A stretch of 64,000 nucleotides of DNA from Candidatus Binatia bacterium (GTDB lineage Bacteria; Desulfobacterota; Binatia; UBA9968; JAJDTQ01). The stretch covers positions 384,001 through 448,000 of the forward strand of contig OY762897.2 in NCBI GenBank assembly GCA_963666515.2, given 5' to 3'. This document shows, one piece after another, positions 19,501-27,368 of this stretch. Position numbers and translations under genes: made by a program. The notes below the pieces were generated by a model. That model saw nothing but the letters and a program-made list of their open reading frames with translations, was not told the origin of the DNA and searched no databases. Within the stretch, counting starts at the first letter, position 1. Each line of letters begins with the position of its first letter.

Positions 19501-21312
19501 GACACGACGGTGGCGGAGTTGACGGCGACCGAAGAAGAAAACGACCTTCTCGTCGTCGGCCGCGCGCTCGTGCTGTCGGCGTCGGGCGTGATGGTTCCGG
19601 AGGGCAAGACGGCCTCCTACACGGTGGCGCTGGCGGTGGCGCCGTACGACCCGGTGACGGTGACGGTGGCGCGGGCCGCCGGCGACGATACCGACCTGAC
19701 CGCGGCCCCGGCGACGCTGACGTTCACGGCGACGGACTGGAACACGCCGCAGATGGTCACGCTGTCGGCGGCGGAGGACGACGACGGCGAGCGGGGCGAG
19801 GCGGTTTTCATCCATACTGCGACCGGCGGCGGCTACGGTGAGGGCGCGGAAGCGACGGTGGCGGAGTTGACGGCGACCGAGGAGGACAATTTCGTGCCGA
19901 AGGCGCGTGAGCGGCTGGCGCAGGCGAACGAGGCCATCCTGCCCGAGATATTGCGGGCGGTGGTGCAGCACAAGATCGACAACGTGGTGTCGCGGGTCGT
20001 GTCGCAAGCCGTGTCGGGGATGATCGGGACGGACGATGCTCTCGCGGCGGCCGCGCACCTGCTGGCCCGGCACGGCGAGGCGATCCAGGACGGCGTGTTC
20101 TCCTGGCGCGAGGCGCTGGCTGGCGTTGACTTCGCGTTGCCGCTCTCCGACGGCAAGGACGGCGCCGACGGGAAACGCGGTTCGGGAATTGCGTTGTGGG
20201 CCATGGGGGACTACCTCCACCTTTCTGACGACCGTCCGGTGGAGTGGTCCGGCGGCCTGTTCGGCGCCCATGTGGGGAGCGACGTGCGGATCGGGCGAAA
20301 CCTCCGGGCCGGGTTGGGACTTTCCTGGGAGGAGGGCTCGTTCGACTACATCCACCGCTTGGACGACGGCGACGAGGTTGCCGGAACCGAGGAGGTGCGG
20401 ATGACCAGCGTCTATCCCTACGCGGGCTGGCGTTTTCCCGGCGGCTCGAATCTGTGGGCCACCGTCGGCTACGGCCAGGGTGAGGTCGAGTTCGAGGACA
20501 ATGTGCTGGACCGGCAGAGGGGCGACCTGCGGCAGCTTATGGCCGCCGCAGGCGGGACCGCCCGGCTGGCGGAAGCGGAAGGCGCCCTCTTCGGCGGCGA
20601 GGGGACGCTCGACGTCAAGACCCAGGTGTCGCTGGGGCGGCTCGCGGTCGCCGACAACGGTGCGATGATCCCGAAGACCACGGTGTCGGCCTACGGTGCG
20701 CGCGTCGCGTTGGAGGGCTCGGAGGCGATCGGCTTGGCCGGGGGCAGGACGTTGACGCCGTCTCTGGAGGCCGGGCTGCGCTGGGACGGCGGCGATGGCG
20801 AGACCGGGGCCGGCCTGGAGTTGGGCGGCGGGCTCGACTACACGGATCGGGCACTGGGCTTGTCCGCAGGCGCGCGCGGCCGAGCCCTCGTGGCGCACGA
20901 GAGCGGTCTGCGCGAGTGGGGCGCGAGCGGCTGGCTGCGGCTGGTTGCCGACAGTCTCGGGCGCGGCCTGTCGCTGGAGGCATCGCCGTCGTGGGGCAAG
21001 TCGGCGAGCGGCGTCGACGACCTGTGGCAACGCGGGGTGGCGGGTGCGGCGGACGAGGCCCGCGGCGAACCGCCGCAGATGCGTTTCGACGTGGAGGTCG
21101 GCTACGGTCTGGCGGCGCCGCCCGGCCGCCGTGGCCTGCTGACCCCCTATGCCGGCTTCGGTGTGACGGAGGGCGGCTCCCGGAGCTACCGCGCGGGCAC
21201 CCGCTTCGAACTCGGCGCCGCGACCATGATCGACCTGGAGGGAAGCCGCGAGGATGACGCGGCCGGGGCCTCCGAACACGCCGTCGCCCTGCGCATGACG
21301 GTCTACTGGTAG
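16558..21312 (+). CDS. 3' fragment of the giant surface protein (Calx-beta/Ig-like repeats and a C-terminal autotransporter-like beta-barrel)
   Basis: Continues the 10216 frame across the IS. Repeats VPEGG..YTVAL..LTFTTTDW..Q.VTL.AAED; amphipathic beta-strands over the last ~450 aa; terminal Trp. Confidence 0.85.
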   Translation: MSAELTAVEAENERGMTLSKKSVTVPEGGAVTYTVKLNAAPSGDVTVTAAVTGDDDIVVQLGSSLKFTTTSWSTPKTVRLAATADGDGLDGTATITHTATGGSYNNLTATLTAAEADDDRKLIGVANSLFLSEGSSDSFKMGLNTVPSGTVTITVNKKTGGDPSLAVDTDPDAAGNQNTFTLTKAYNANDPTAHHTIKVSAGDDADAYNAAESDSFTFTASGGGYDDASKSFDVNVTDDDAIGLAPFRGLTGRKASWAIGAGDVAWVREGGTVTVPVRLASRPNGDVTVTATRPNNPNNFPFLAPEHADLTVDLDAGTPGVQDTMTFTFLNWNVPQNITLAAKEEAPQNANDPADDTTDSRGSILLAVASTADSKYTASQQINLQEADNDVTGRALTLSASSLSVIEGLTTTYTVALASKPDNDVVVTVARTSGDTDLSVSGTSSFTFTTTNWNTGQTVTLAAAQDDDDFTNGSAVFTHTATDGGFTGVTAELTATELDNDVVAGRALTLSASGLTVPEGGTAAYNVALAVAPVGTVTVAVTKKEDGDPDLTASPDMLTFTTQNWSTAQRVTLRAAEDGDRQAGGAVFVHTATGGGYGYGGGDATVAELAATERENDILVVGRVLSLVTVGVTVPPSGVTVPEGGTSTYTVALSEAPYGPVTVAVAKKEGGDPDLTVDTDPNTEGVQGTLTFTTTDWSMPQTVTLRAAEDGDREEGKAVFVHTATGGGYGEGTGATVAELTATEEENDLLVVGRALVLSASGVTVPEGGTSTYTVALSEAPYGPVTVAVAKKEGGDPDLTVDTDPNTEGVQGTLTFTTTDWNEPQAVTLRAAEDGDREEGKAVFVHTATGGGYGAGVDTTVAELTATEEENDLLVVGRALVLSASGVTVPEGGTSTYAVALSVAPYGPVTVAVMKKEGGDPDLTVDTDPNTEGVQGTLTFTTTDWNEPQAVTLRAAEDGDREEGKAVFVHTATGGGYGAGVDTTVAELTATEEENDLLVVGRALVLSASGVMVPEGKTASYTVALAVAPYDPVTVTVARAAGDDTDLTAAPATLTFTATDWNTPQMVTLSAAEDDDGERGEAVFIHTATGGGYGEGAEATVAELTATEEDNFVPKARERLAQANEAILPEILRAVVQHKIDNVVSRVVSQAVSGMIGTDDALAAAAHLLARHGEAIQDGVFSWREALAGVDFALPLSDGKDGADGKRGSGIALWAMGDYLHLSDDRPVEWSGGLFGAHVGSDVRIGRNLRAGLGLSWEEGSFDYIHRLDDGDEVAGTEEVRMTSVYPYAGWRFPGGSNLWATVGYGQGEVEFEDNVLDRQRGDLRQLMAAAGGTARLAEAEGALFGGEGTLDVKTQVSLGRLAVADNGAMIPKTTVSAYGARVALEGSEAIGLAGGRTLTPSLEAGLRWDGGDGETGAGLELGGGLDYTDRALGLSAGARGRALVAHESGLREWGASGWLRLVADSLGRGLSLEASPSWGKSASGVDDLWQRGVAGAADEARGEPPQMRFDVEVGYGLAAPPGRRGLLTPYAGFGVTEGGSRSYRAGTRFELGAATMIDLEGSREDDAAGASEHAVALRMTVYW
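18466..19581 (+). repeat. Three near-identical intragenic 372-bp (124-aa) tandem repeats
   Basis: Unit start TCGGGCGTGA recurs at 18466, 18838, 19210 and 19582; long identical stretches between units. Confidence 0.9.
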
Positions 21313-21344
21313 ATCTTCCTCTATATGGCGCTGAACTGCCGCCG

Positions 21345-22172
21345 TTACGGTCTGGTGGACTGATTCACGGTCTCGTTGAGGGAGCCGGTGCGGTAGCCCT
21401 GCAGGTCGATGCTGACGTAGGTGAAGCCGGCGTCCTTGAAACGCCGCAGGATCTCTTCGCGGATTTCTGGTCGAAGCAGCCTGTCCATCTCCTCCGATGC
21501 CACCTCGATGCGCGCCAGCTCGTCATGGTAGCGCACCCGGTAGACGCGGAAGCCCAGCTCCCGGAGCACGCGCTCGCAACGGTTCACCTGGGTGAGCTTC
21601 TCCGGGGTGATGGCGGTGCCGTAGGGGAAGCGGCTGGAGAGGCAGGCCAGGGCGGGCTTGTCCCAGACCGGGAGGCCCATGCGGCGGGCGGCCTCGCGAA
21701 TGTCGGCCTTGGTGAAGCCCAGCTCGTCCAGCGGCGAACGCACGCCGCGCTCGCGCGCGGCCTTGCGCCCCGGTCGGTGGTCGCCCCGGTCGTCCAGGTT
21801 GAAGCCGTCCAGCACGTGGGCGATGCCGAGCGTCGCGGCTTCCTCGATGGCCTTGCCGTAAAGCTCGGTCTTGCAGAAGTAGCAGCGGTTGACGGGGTTG
21901 GCCGCGTAGCGGGGATCGTCCAGTTCGTAAGTGTCAATGAGCAGGTGCCGGGCGCCGATGCTTTCCGCCAGGCTCCGGGCGTCCGCCCCCTCCTCGGGCG
22001 CCAGGCTGGGGGAGACCGCGGTCAGCGCCAGAGCGTCGTCCCCGAGAACGTTCACGGCCTCCGCCAGCAGGTAGCCGGAGTCGACGCCGCCGGAGAAACA
22101 GACCACCACGTGGCCCATCTCCCCGAGCAGCGCCCGAAGCCCCGCCACCTTTCGCTCCAGCCCCCGCCTCAC
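21345..22172 (-). CDS. larE: ATP-dependent sulfur transferase LarE family
   Basis: PP-loop FSGGVDS, RCYFCK, DD..DHRPG, ACLSSRFPYG, VRYH..ARIE, DLQGYRTGSLN. Confidence 0.9.
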   Translation of the reverse strand: MRRGLERKVAGLRALLGEMGHVVVCFSGGVDSGYLLAEAVNVLGDDALALTAVSPSLAPEEGADARSLAESIGARHLLIDTYELDDPRYAANPVNRCYFCKTELYGKAIEEAATLGIAHVLDGFNLDDRGDHRPGRKAARERGVRSPLDELGFTKADIREAARRMGLPVWDKPALACLSSRFPYGTAITPEKLTQVNRCERVLRELGFRVYRVRYHDELARIEVASEEMDRLLRPEIREEILRRFKDAGFTYVSIDLQGYRTGSLNETVNQSTRP

Positions 22173-22732
22173 GGCGTCGTCTTCACCTTCGGACGCTCCA
22201 GCAGCGTGTCGCGCCAGCGCTTCACGTTGGGCAGGTCCTCGGTGATGGACGTCCGGTAGTGGTCCTCGCGGGTGAAGAACGGGATGTACGTGATGTCCGC
22301 CAGCGAATAGTCGTCGACGATGTAGTCCCGCCCGGCCATGCGCTCTTCCAGCGTCTCCAGGTGCTCCCGCAGCCGCTTCTTGTTCTTCTCCACCTCGTGG
22401 TCGTGGCGGATGTTGCCCGCGGCGGCCTGAAGCCGGGTGTTGCAGAAGTCGATCCAGATGCGCACCTCGGCGCGCTTCGCCAGGTCCCTGGGCATCAGCG
22501 ACACTTCGGGAAACTTCTCGTCCAGGTACTCGTTGATGACCGCGGATTCGTAGATCACCGTGTCCCCGTCCACCAGCACGGGCACCTTGCCGTACGGGTT
22601 GAGCGTGACCAGCTCCTCCGACTTGTTCTTGAGATCACACTCCACCAGATCGTAAGGGATGTCTTTCTCTGCCAGGACAAGCCTTGTCCTGTGGGCGTAC
22701 GGTCAAGGACCGTAGGACAGCAGTCGCAACAT
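22169..22732 (-). CDS. Glutathione S-transferase family protein with in-frame UGA at codon 10 (probable selenocysteine), 187 aa
   Basis: MLRLLSYGP-[UGA 22705-22703]-PYAHRTRLVLAEKDIPY...NPYGKVPVL...ESAVINEYLDE; GGAGG upstream of ATG 22732; the frame is otherwise intact. Confidence 0.85.
22673..22691 (-). promoter_or_regulatory. Putative bacterial SECIS hairpin
   Basis: CAGGACAA-GGC-TTGTCCTG perfect 8-bp stem with a G-containing loop, starting 11 nt after the UGA. Confidence 0.7.
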
Positions 22733-22779
22733 GTCTTCCTCCTTCGATTCCGCGGCCGGCTTTCGCGCGGCCGCCGTTC

Positions 22780-22805
22780 GGGCGGGCTTGAAACCCGCCC
22801 CCTGC
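22780..22805 (-). repeat. GTAG-family REP-like palindrome (variant copy)
   Basis: Reverse strand reads GCAGGGGGCGGGTTTCAAGCCCGCCC, close to the copy at 5172. Confidence 0.7.
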
Positions 22806-22811
22806 TCCAAT

Positions 22812-23198
22812 TTACGCGATGATCGGCTCCTTGACCGGCGTGTGGCTGGGCCGCCGCGGCACCCGTGTGCGCGGCTTGCCGTCGACCTGCGAGTTGCCCG
22901 CGCCGAACAGCAGCATGCGTCCCTCGCCCGTGTTGCAGAGCTGGTAGGGCTGGCCCGATTTCAGCAGGATCGTGTCGTGGGGGTTCAGGATGAACTCGTT
23001 CTCCGGCGTCCGCACCGTGCACTGCCCTTCGAGGACCATGAAGACGTGGTCGTCGTTCTCGTGGTAGTGCATGTCGTCCTGCATGTTCTCTTCGCAGTTG
23101 ATGGTCCAGAAATAGGTCAGGTCCGTGCGCCACAATGAAAGGTGGCGGACTTCCGGGTTGGCCTTGGCCTCGTCGATGGGGTTCTTCACCTCGTACAT
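22812..23198 (-). CDS. Cupin-domain protein
   Basis: MHYHENDDHVFMVLEG...PYQLCNTG cupin-2-type motif. Confidence 0.8.
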   Translation of the reverse strand: MYEVKNPIDEAKANPEVRHLSLWRTDLTYFWTINCEENMQDDMHYHENDDHVFMVLEGQCTVRTPENEFILNPHDTILLKSGQPYQLCNTGEGRMLLFGAGNSQVDGKPRTRVPRRPSHTPVKEPIIA

Positions 23199-23231
23199 GC
23201 GCGTGTCCTCCTGCTGCTTCCGACAGGGCGG

Positions 23232-23480
23232 CTACTTGTTCGCCACCAGCTTTCCGTGGGTGCCGTCGCAATACGGCCGGGTCCTGGACCGCCAGCACGC
23301 GCAGATGGCCATGGTACGCGGCTCGTCCACGGTGATCTCGCGGGGCGTGATGGAAGTCACCTTGTGCGACCCGTCGCAGAACGGGAAGTTCTGTGTCCGC
23401 CCGCACATGCAGTAGAACCGGCTCCGGGACTCCTGCCGGACGATCACCGGCTCGATCAGGTCGTCGTAGGCCAAGCCCAT
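23232..23480 (-). CDS. CDGSH iron-sulfur protein with two CDGSH motifs (MiNT/CISD3-like)
   Basis: CMCGRT...PFCDGSH and CACWRS...PYCDGTH. Confidence 0.9.
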   Translation of the reverse strand: MGLAYDDLIEPVIVRQESRSRFYCMCGRTQNFPFCDGSHKVTSITPREITVDEPRTMAICACWRSRTRPYCDGTHGKLVANK

Positions 23481-23700
23481 TCTGATTCCTCCATCGGTGT
23501 GGGACGCGCCGTTCCGTCAACCGGGCGGCCTCCGATCCACACCCGCTCCGTAGCTTCACCGTATACTCCACTTTGCCGCGGAGGGCCAGACGGCGCGGTA
23601 GAGGCTGCGTTTGCCGGGCTTCGGGTCGGTTCCGATTCTCGGAAACTTCAGCAAATGTGATAAAGTGGCCTGCAGTGAAAGCGGCATCGGAAGGCCTTTC

Positions 23701-23862
23701 ATGATCGAGACCGACTGCTACAGCGACGAAGAGATCGCCGAGTGGGACGAGGCAGACAAGCTGACGCACGCGGAACGCCTGCGAATCCTCGACAAGCTCG
23801 GCCAAAGAAATGAGGCTGGTTCTCGACACAACCGACTATGGCCTGGGAGCCTGGCCGAGTAG
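23701..23862 (+). pseudogene. Decayed toxin-antitoxin pair (antitoxin-like tail plus first codons of a PIN toxin)
   Basis: YSDEEIAEWDEADKL resembles AbrB-type antitoxin C-termini; overlapping ATG at 23810 reads MRLVLDT, a typical VapC N-terminus, then similarity is lost. Confidence 0.5.
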
Positions 23863-23874
23863 TCGAATTTCAGG

Positions 23875-23944
23875 GGGCGACCGCGGGTCGCCCCTACACA
23901 TGCCCCAGCGATGAACTTCATGTAGGGGCGACCCGTGGTCGCCC
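23875..23944. repeat. Inverted doublet of GTAG-family REP-like palindromes
   Basis: GGGCGACCGCGGGTCGCCCCTAC (23875-23897) and GTAGGGGCGACCCGTGGTCGCCC (23922-23944); one mismatch between arms. Confidence 0.8.
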
Positions 23945-24021
23945 AAGCCGTGCCTCATCCGTTAGACTTGCAAGGCGTCTCGAAGGGAGCTAATTCCTGT
24001 AGTTAGTTACCCGCCGGCAGC

Positions 24022-27000
24022 GTGCTGTCGGCTCAAGGGCCGTTCCGCGGAGCGGCCCTTGCTATTTTTGCGTCTGCGCCGCCGGAGAGAACGCCGTTGC
24101 AAGATGCTGCCAGACTCCTGCCCGAGCGCCTCCCCGACGTCGGGGGGCTTGTCGAGGTGCGTTCGCGGCGCTGGCTGGTGGAGGCGGTCGAGGCGGAGTC
24201 GGGTCGGGTCAGCCTTGCGTGTGCGGACGACGACGCGCAGGGGCAGACCCTGGAGGTCTACTGGGAATTCGAGATCGACCGGCGCATCCTCGAGGCGGAG
24301 GCGTGGAACGCCATCGGGGCCAAGGGGTTCGACGCGCCCCGGCACTTCAGCGCGTTCCTCCACACGTTGCGCTGGAACTGCGTCACCGCCACGGACCCGA
24401 ACCTATTCCAGTCGCCGTTCCGGGCCGGCATCAAGATCGACGCCTACCAGATGGAGCCGCTCCGCAAGGCGCTCCGGCTGCCCCGGGTGAATCTGTTCAT
24501 CGCCGACGACACCGGCCTCGGCAAGACCATCGAGGCGGGCCTGATCGCGCGGGAGCTGTTGCTGCGCAAGAAGGTCAAGACCATCGTTGTCGCCGCGCCC
24601 GCCTCCGTGCTGGAGCAGTGGAAGGCCGAGATGGAAGAGCGTTTCGGCCTGCTGTTCGTGATCCTCGACCGCGCCTACCTCACGCAGGTCCGGCAGGACC
24701 GGGGATTCGGCGTGAATCCCTGGCGCACCCACAGCCGGTTCCTCGTGTCCCACAACCTGCTCATCGACCCGGCCTACGCCGATCCCATGCGCGAGTGGCT
24801 CGGGGCTCTTCTGCCGGGCAGCCTGCTCATCCTGGACGAGGCCCACCATGCCGCGCCGTCGAGCGGCGGGCGCTACGGCATCGAGTCGAAGTTCACCCGC
24901 GCGATCCGCGACCTCGGCGGCCGGTTCGAACACCGTCTGTTCCTGTCCGCCACTCCCCACAACGGTCACTCCAACAGCTTCTCCACGCTGCTTGAGCTGC
25001 TCGATCCGTACCGCTTTACCCGCGGCGTGCCGGTGCGGGGAAAGAGGGAACTCGAAGAGGTCATGGTCCGGCGCATCAAGGAGGACATCCGTGAGGTGCA
25101 GGGCGGCTTCCCTAGGCGGCGCGTGGAGCCGATACGGATCGACGGCCTGCCGGACGACGCGCCGGAACTCGTTCTGTCGAGGCTCCTTGACGAATACCGC
25201 GGTCTGCGGGAACAGCGGCTGGCTGGCGCCAGGCCGCAGGCCAGGGCCATGGCCGGTCTGCTCGTGGTGGGACTGCAACAGAAGCTCCTGTCATCCATCG
25301 AGGCGTTCGCCATCTCGCTCGCGCGGCATCGCAGGACGGTCGAGCGTTTGCGGGCGCAAGGCGACGGCGACGGACGGGACGCCCCGGACGCACGGGTTGC
25401 GGCCACGGCGACCGAACCGTTCCTGAAGCTGTTTGCGAAACCTCCTGACGCGGACGACGAGCGCGCGGAGCAGACCGACGAAGAGAGCGCGGCCGAGGAA
25501 GAAGCGCAGATCACCTCCATCAATGCGGCCGCGGAGAAGGATGCGCCTGCGGACGCGGCGACGGAGGCGGCCTGGGACAGGGAGCAGGCCCTTCTGAGCC
25601 GCATGCATGAAGTCGCCGAGGCCGCCCGCGGCCGTCCCGACGCCAAGACCCGCCGCCTGATCGACTGGATTCACGACAACCTCTGTCCCGACCGGCCGCG
25701 CTGGAACGAACGGCGGGTGCTGATCTTCACCGAGAACGTCATCGGCACGAAACGGTACTTGCGCGAGATGCTGGAGCAGGCCATAGCCGGCACTGACCTC
25801 GCCGAGGAGCGCATTGAGACCATCGACGGCCAGACCGTCGGCGCCAGGCGCAAGGAGATCCAGCGCCGCTTCAACGCCGATCCGGCGCGCGATCCGTTGC
25901 GCATCCTCATCGCCACGGACGCGGCGCGCGAGGGGCTGAACTTCCAGGCGCACTGCACCGACCTGTTCCACTTCGACCTGCCCTGGAACCCGGGCCGCAT
26001 CGAGCAGCGCAACGGCCGCATCGACCGCAAGCTGCAACCGGCCCCGGAGGTGCGCTGCCGCTACTTCGTGCTGCCGCAGCGCGCCGAGGACCGGGTACTC
26101 GAAGTGCTGGTCCGCAAGACCGCCACCATCAAGGAAGAACTCGGCAGCCTCTCCAAGGTGATCGACGACGAGGTGGAGCACCGCCTGCGCGGCGGCATCC
26201 GCCACCGGGACGCGGAGCGCCTCGCGCGCGACATCGAGGCGGCCGATCTCGACCCCGAAAGGCGGCGTGTGGCCGCGGAGGAACTGGAAGCCGCCCGCGA
26301 ACGGCAGGACGACTTGAAGGGGCAGATCGAACGGTGCCGCGGGCTGCTCGACCAGTCGCGCCGGTGGGTGCAGTTCGAGGCGCAACCCTTTCGCAACGCC
26401 CTGTCCTGTTCCCTGGAGATGCTGGGCGCGGAGCCCTTGAAGGAAACACGCACCGGCGAGGGCGACGTGGTCTGGACGTTGCCGCCGCTGGCGGGCAAGC
26501 CGCTGGCGGACACGAGCTGGACCGCCACGCTGGACACGCTGCGCGCGCCCCGCAAGACCGACCAGAAGCTCGCGGAATGGCGGCGGCAGGCGCCGATCCG
26601 TCCGGTGGTGTTCGAGGACGCCGGCGTGCTCACCGACGACACCGTGCACCTGCACCTGGAGCAGCGCATGGCGCAACGGCTGCTGGCGCGCTTCCGCGCC
26701 CAGGGGTTCGTCTACCACGACCTGTCCCGCGCCTGCCTCGTTCAGGCCGCCGACTCCGTCCCTCGGGTGATTCTGCTGGGGCGGCTGTGTCTCTTCGGGC
26801 GCCATGCCGAGCGTCTGCACGAGGAGCTGATCCCGGTGGCGGCCCGCTGGATCGAGCCGTCGCGCCGCAACGGACCGCTCAGGGCCTATGCCGAGGAGGC
26901 GGAAGCACGAACGCTGGAACGCCTGGAGACGGCCTTGCAGAGCGCCCGAGGCCCGAACGAGACGATTCACCGCAGGCTGCGCGATACCGCGGCCCAGGAC

Positions 27001-27363
27001 ATCGAAGACCTGCTGCCGCAGCTCGAAGGCCGCGCCGAGGACGTGGCCCGGAGCGCTGGGGACAGGCTTCGCGCGCGCGGCGAAAGGGAGGAACAGCAGC
27101 TTCGCGAGACTCTGGAGCGTCAGCGCCAGCGCGTGGAAACGGAACTCGGCAAGCACGAGGGCCGCGGAACCCAGCTCACGCTGGAGTTCAGCGAAGCCGA
27201 GATGCGCCAGCTCCAGGCCGACATCGCGTCGTGGCGCGTGCGCCTGGACCAGTTCGACAGCGACCTGAAGACCGAACCGGCCCGGATACGCGAGTTCTAC
27301 GAAGTGCGGGCACAACGAGTCGAGCCCATCGGCTTGGTGTACCTGTGGCCGGACACCGGTTGA
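24022..27363 (+). CDS. drmD: DISARM SNF2-like helicase DrmD
   Basis: ADDTGLGKT, DEAHH, SAT, EQRNGRIDR; C-terminal EPIGLVYLWP; first gene of the drmD-drmMI-drmA-drmB order. Start uncertain (24022-24097). Confidence 0.88.
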   Translation: MLSAQGPFRGAALAIFASAPPERTPLQDAARLLPERLPDVGGLVEVRSRRWLVEAVEAESGRVSLACADDDAQGQTLEVYWEFEIDRRILEAEAWNAIGAKGFDAPRHFSAFLHTLRWNCVTATDPNLFQSPFRAGIKIDAYQMEPLRKALRLPRVNLFIADDTGLGKTIEAGLIARELLLRKKVKTIVVAAPASVLEQWKAEMEERFGLLFVILDRAYLTQVRQDRGFGVNPWRTHSRFLVSHNLLIDPAYADPMREWLGALLPGSLLILDEAHHAAPSSGGRYGIESKFTRAIRDLGGRFEHRLFLSATPHNGHSNSFSTLLELLDPYRFTRGVPVRGKRELEEVMVRRIKEDIREVQGGFPRRRVEPIRIDGLPDDAPELVLSRLLDEYRGLREQRLAGARPQARAMAGLLVVGLQQKLLSSIEAFAISLARHRRTVERLRAQGDGDGRDAPDARVAATATEPFLKLFAKPPDADDERAEQTDEESAAEEEAQITSINAAAEKDAPADAATEAAWDREQALLSRMHEVAEAARGRPDAKTRRLIDWIHDNLCPDRPRWNERRVLIFTENVIGTKRYLREMLEQAIAGTDLAEERIETIDGQTVGARRKEIQRRFNADPARDPLRILIATDAAREGLNFQAHCTDLFHFDLPWNPGRIEQRNGRIDRKLQPAPEVRCRYFVLPQRAEDRVLEVLVRKTATIKEELGSLSKVIDDEVEHRLRGGIRHRDAERLARDIEAADLDPERRRVAAEELEAARERQDDLKGQIERCRGLLDQSRRWVQFEAQPFRNALSCSLEMLGAEPLKETRTGEGDVVWTLPPLAGKPLADTSWTATLDTLRAPRKTDQKLAEWRRQAPIRPVVFEDAGVLTDDTVHLHLEQRMAQRLLARFRAQGFVYHDLSRACLVQAADSVPRVILLGRLCLFGRHAERLHEELIPVAARWIEPSRRNGPLRAYAEEAEARTLERLETALQSARGPNETIHRRLRDTAAQDIEDLLPQLEGRAEDVARSAGDRLRARGEREEQQLRETLERQRQRVETELGKHEGRGTQLTLEFSEAEMRQLQADIASWRVRLDQFDSDLKTEPARIREFYEVRAQRVEPIGLVYLWPDTG

Positions 27364-27368
27364 GACCC

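Noticed and set aside
18466-19581. Repeats as a CRISPR array or DGR template/variable pair
   Set aside because: These are in-frame protein repeats with no spacers, no cas or reverse transcriptase gene, and no evident adenine-specific variation.
22703-22705. GST as a simple nonsense pseudogene
   Set aside because: Disfavoured but not excluded: the UGA is exactly at the catalytic Cys position, is followed by a SECIS-like hairpin, and no other lesion is present.
23481-23700. Possible riboswitch or sRNA upstream of the CDGSH gene
   Set aside because: No recognisable conserved motif by eye; an Rfam/Infernal scan would be needed.
26334-27368. N-terminal extension giving a 1,733-aa methyltransferase
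   Set aside because: It overlaps drmD in another frame and has shadow-ORF composition.
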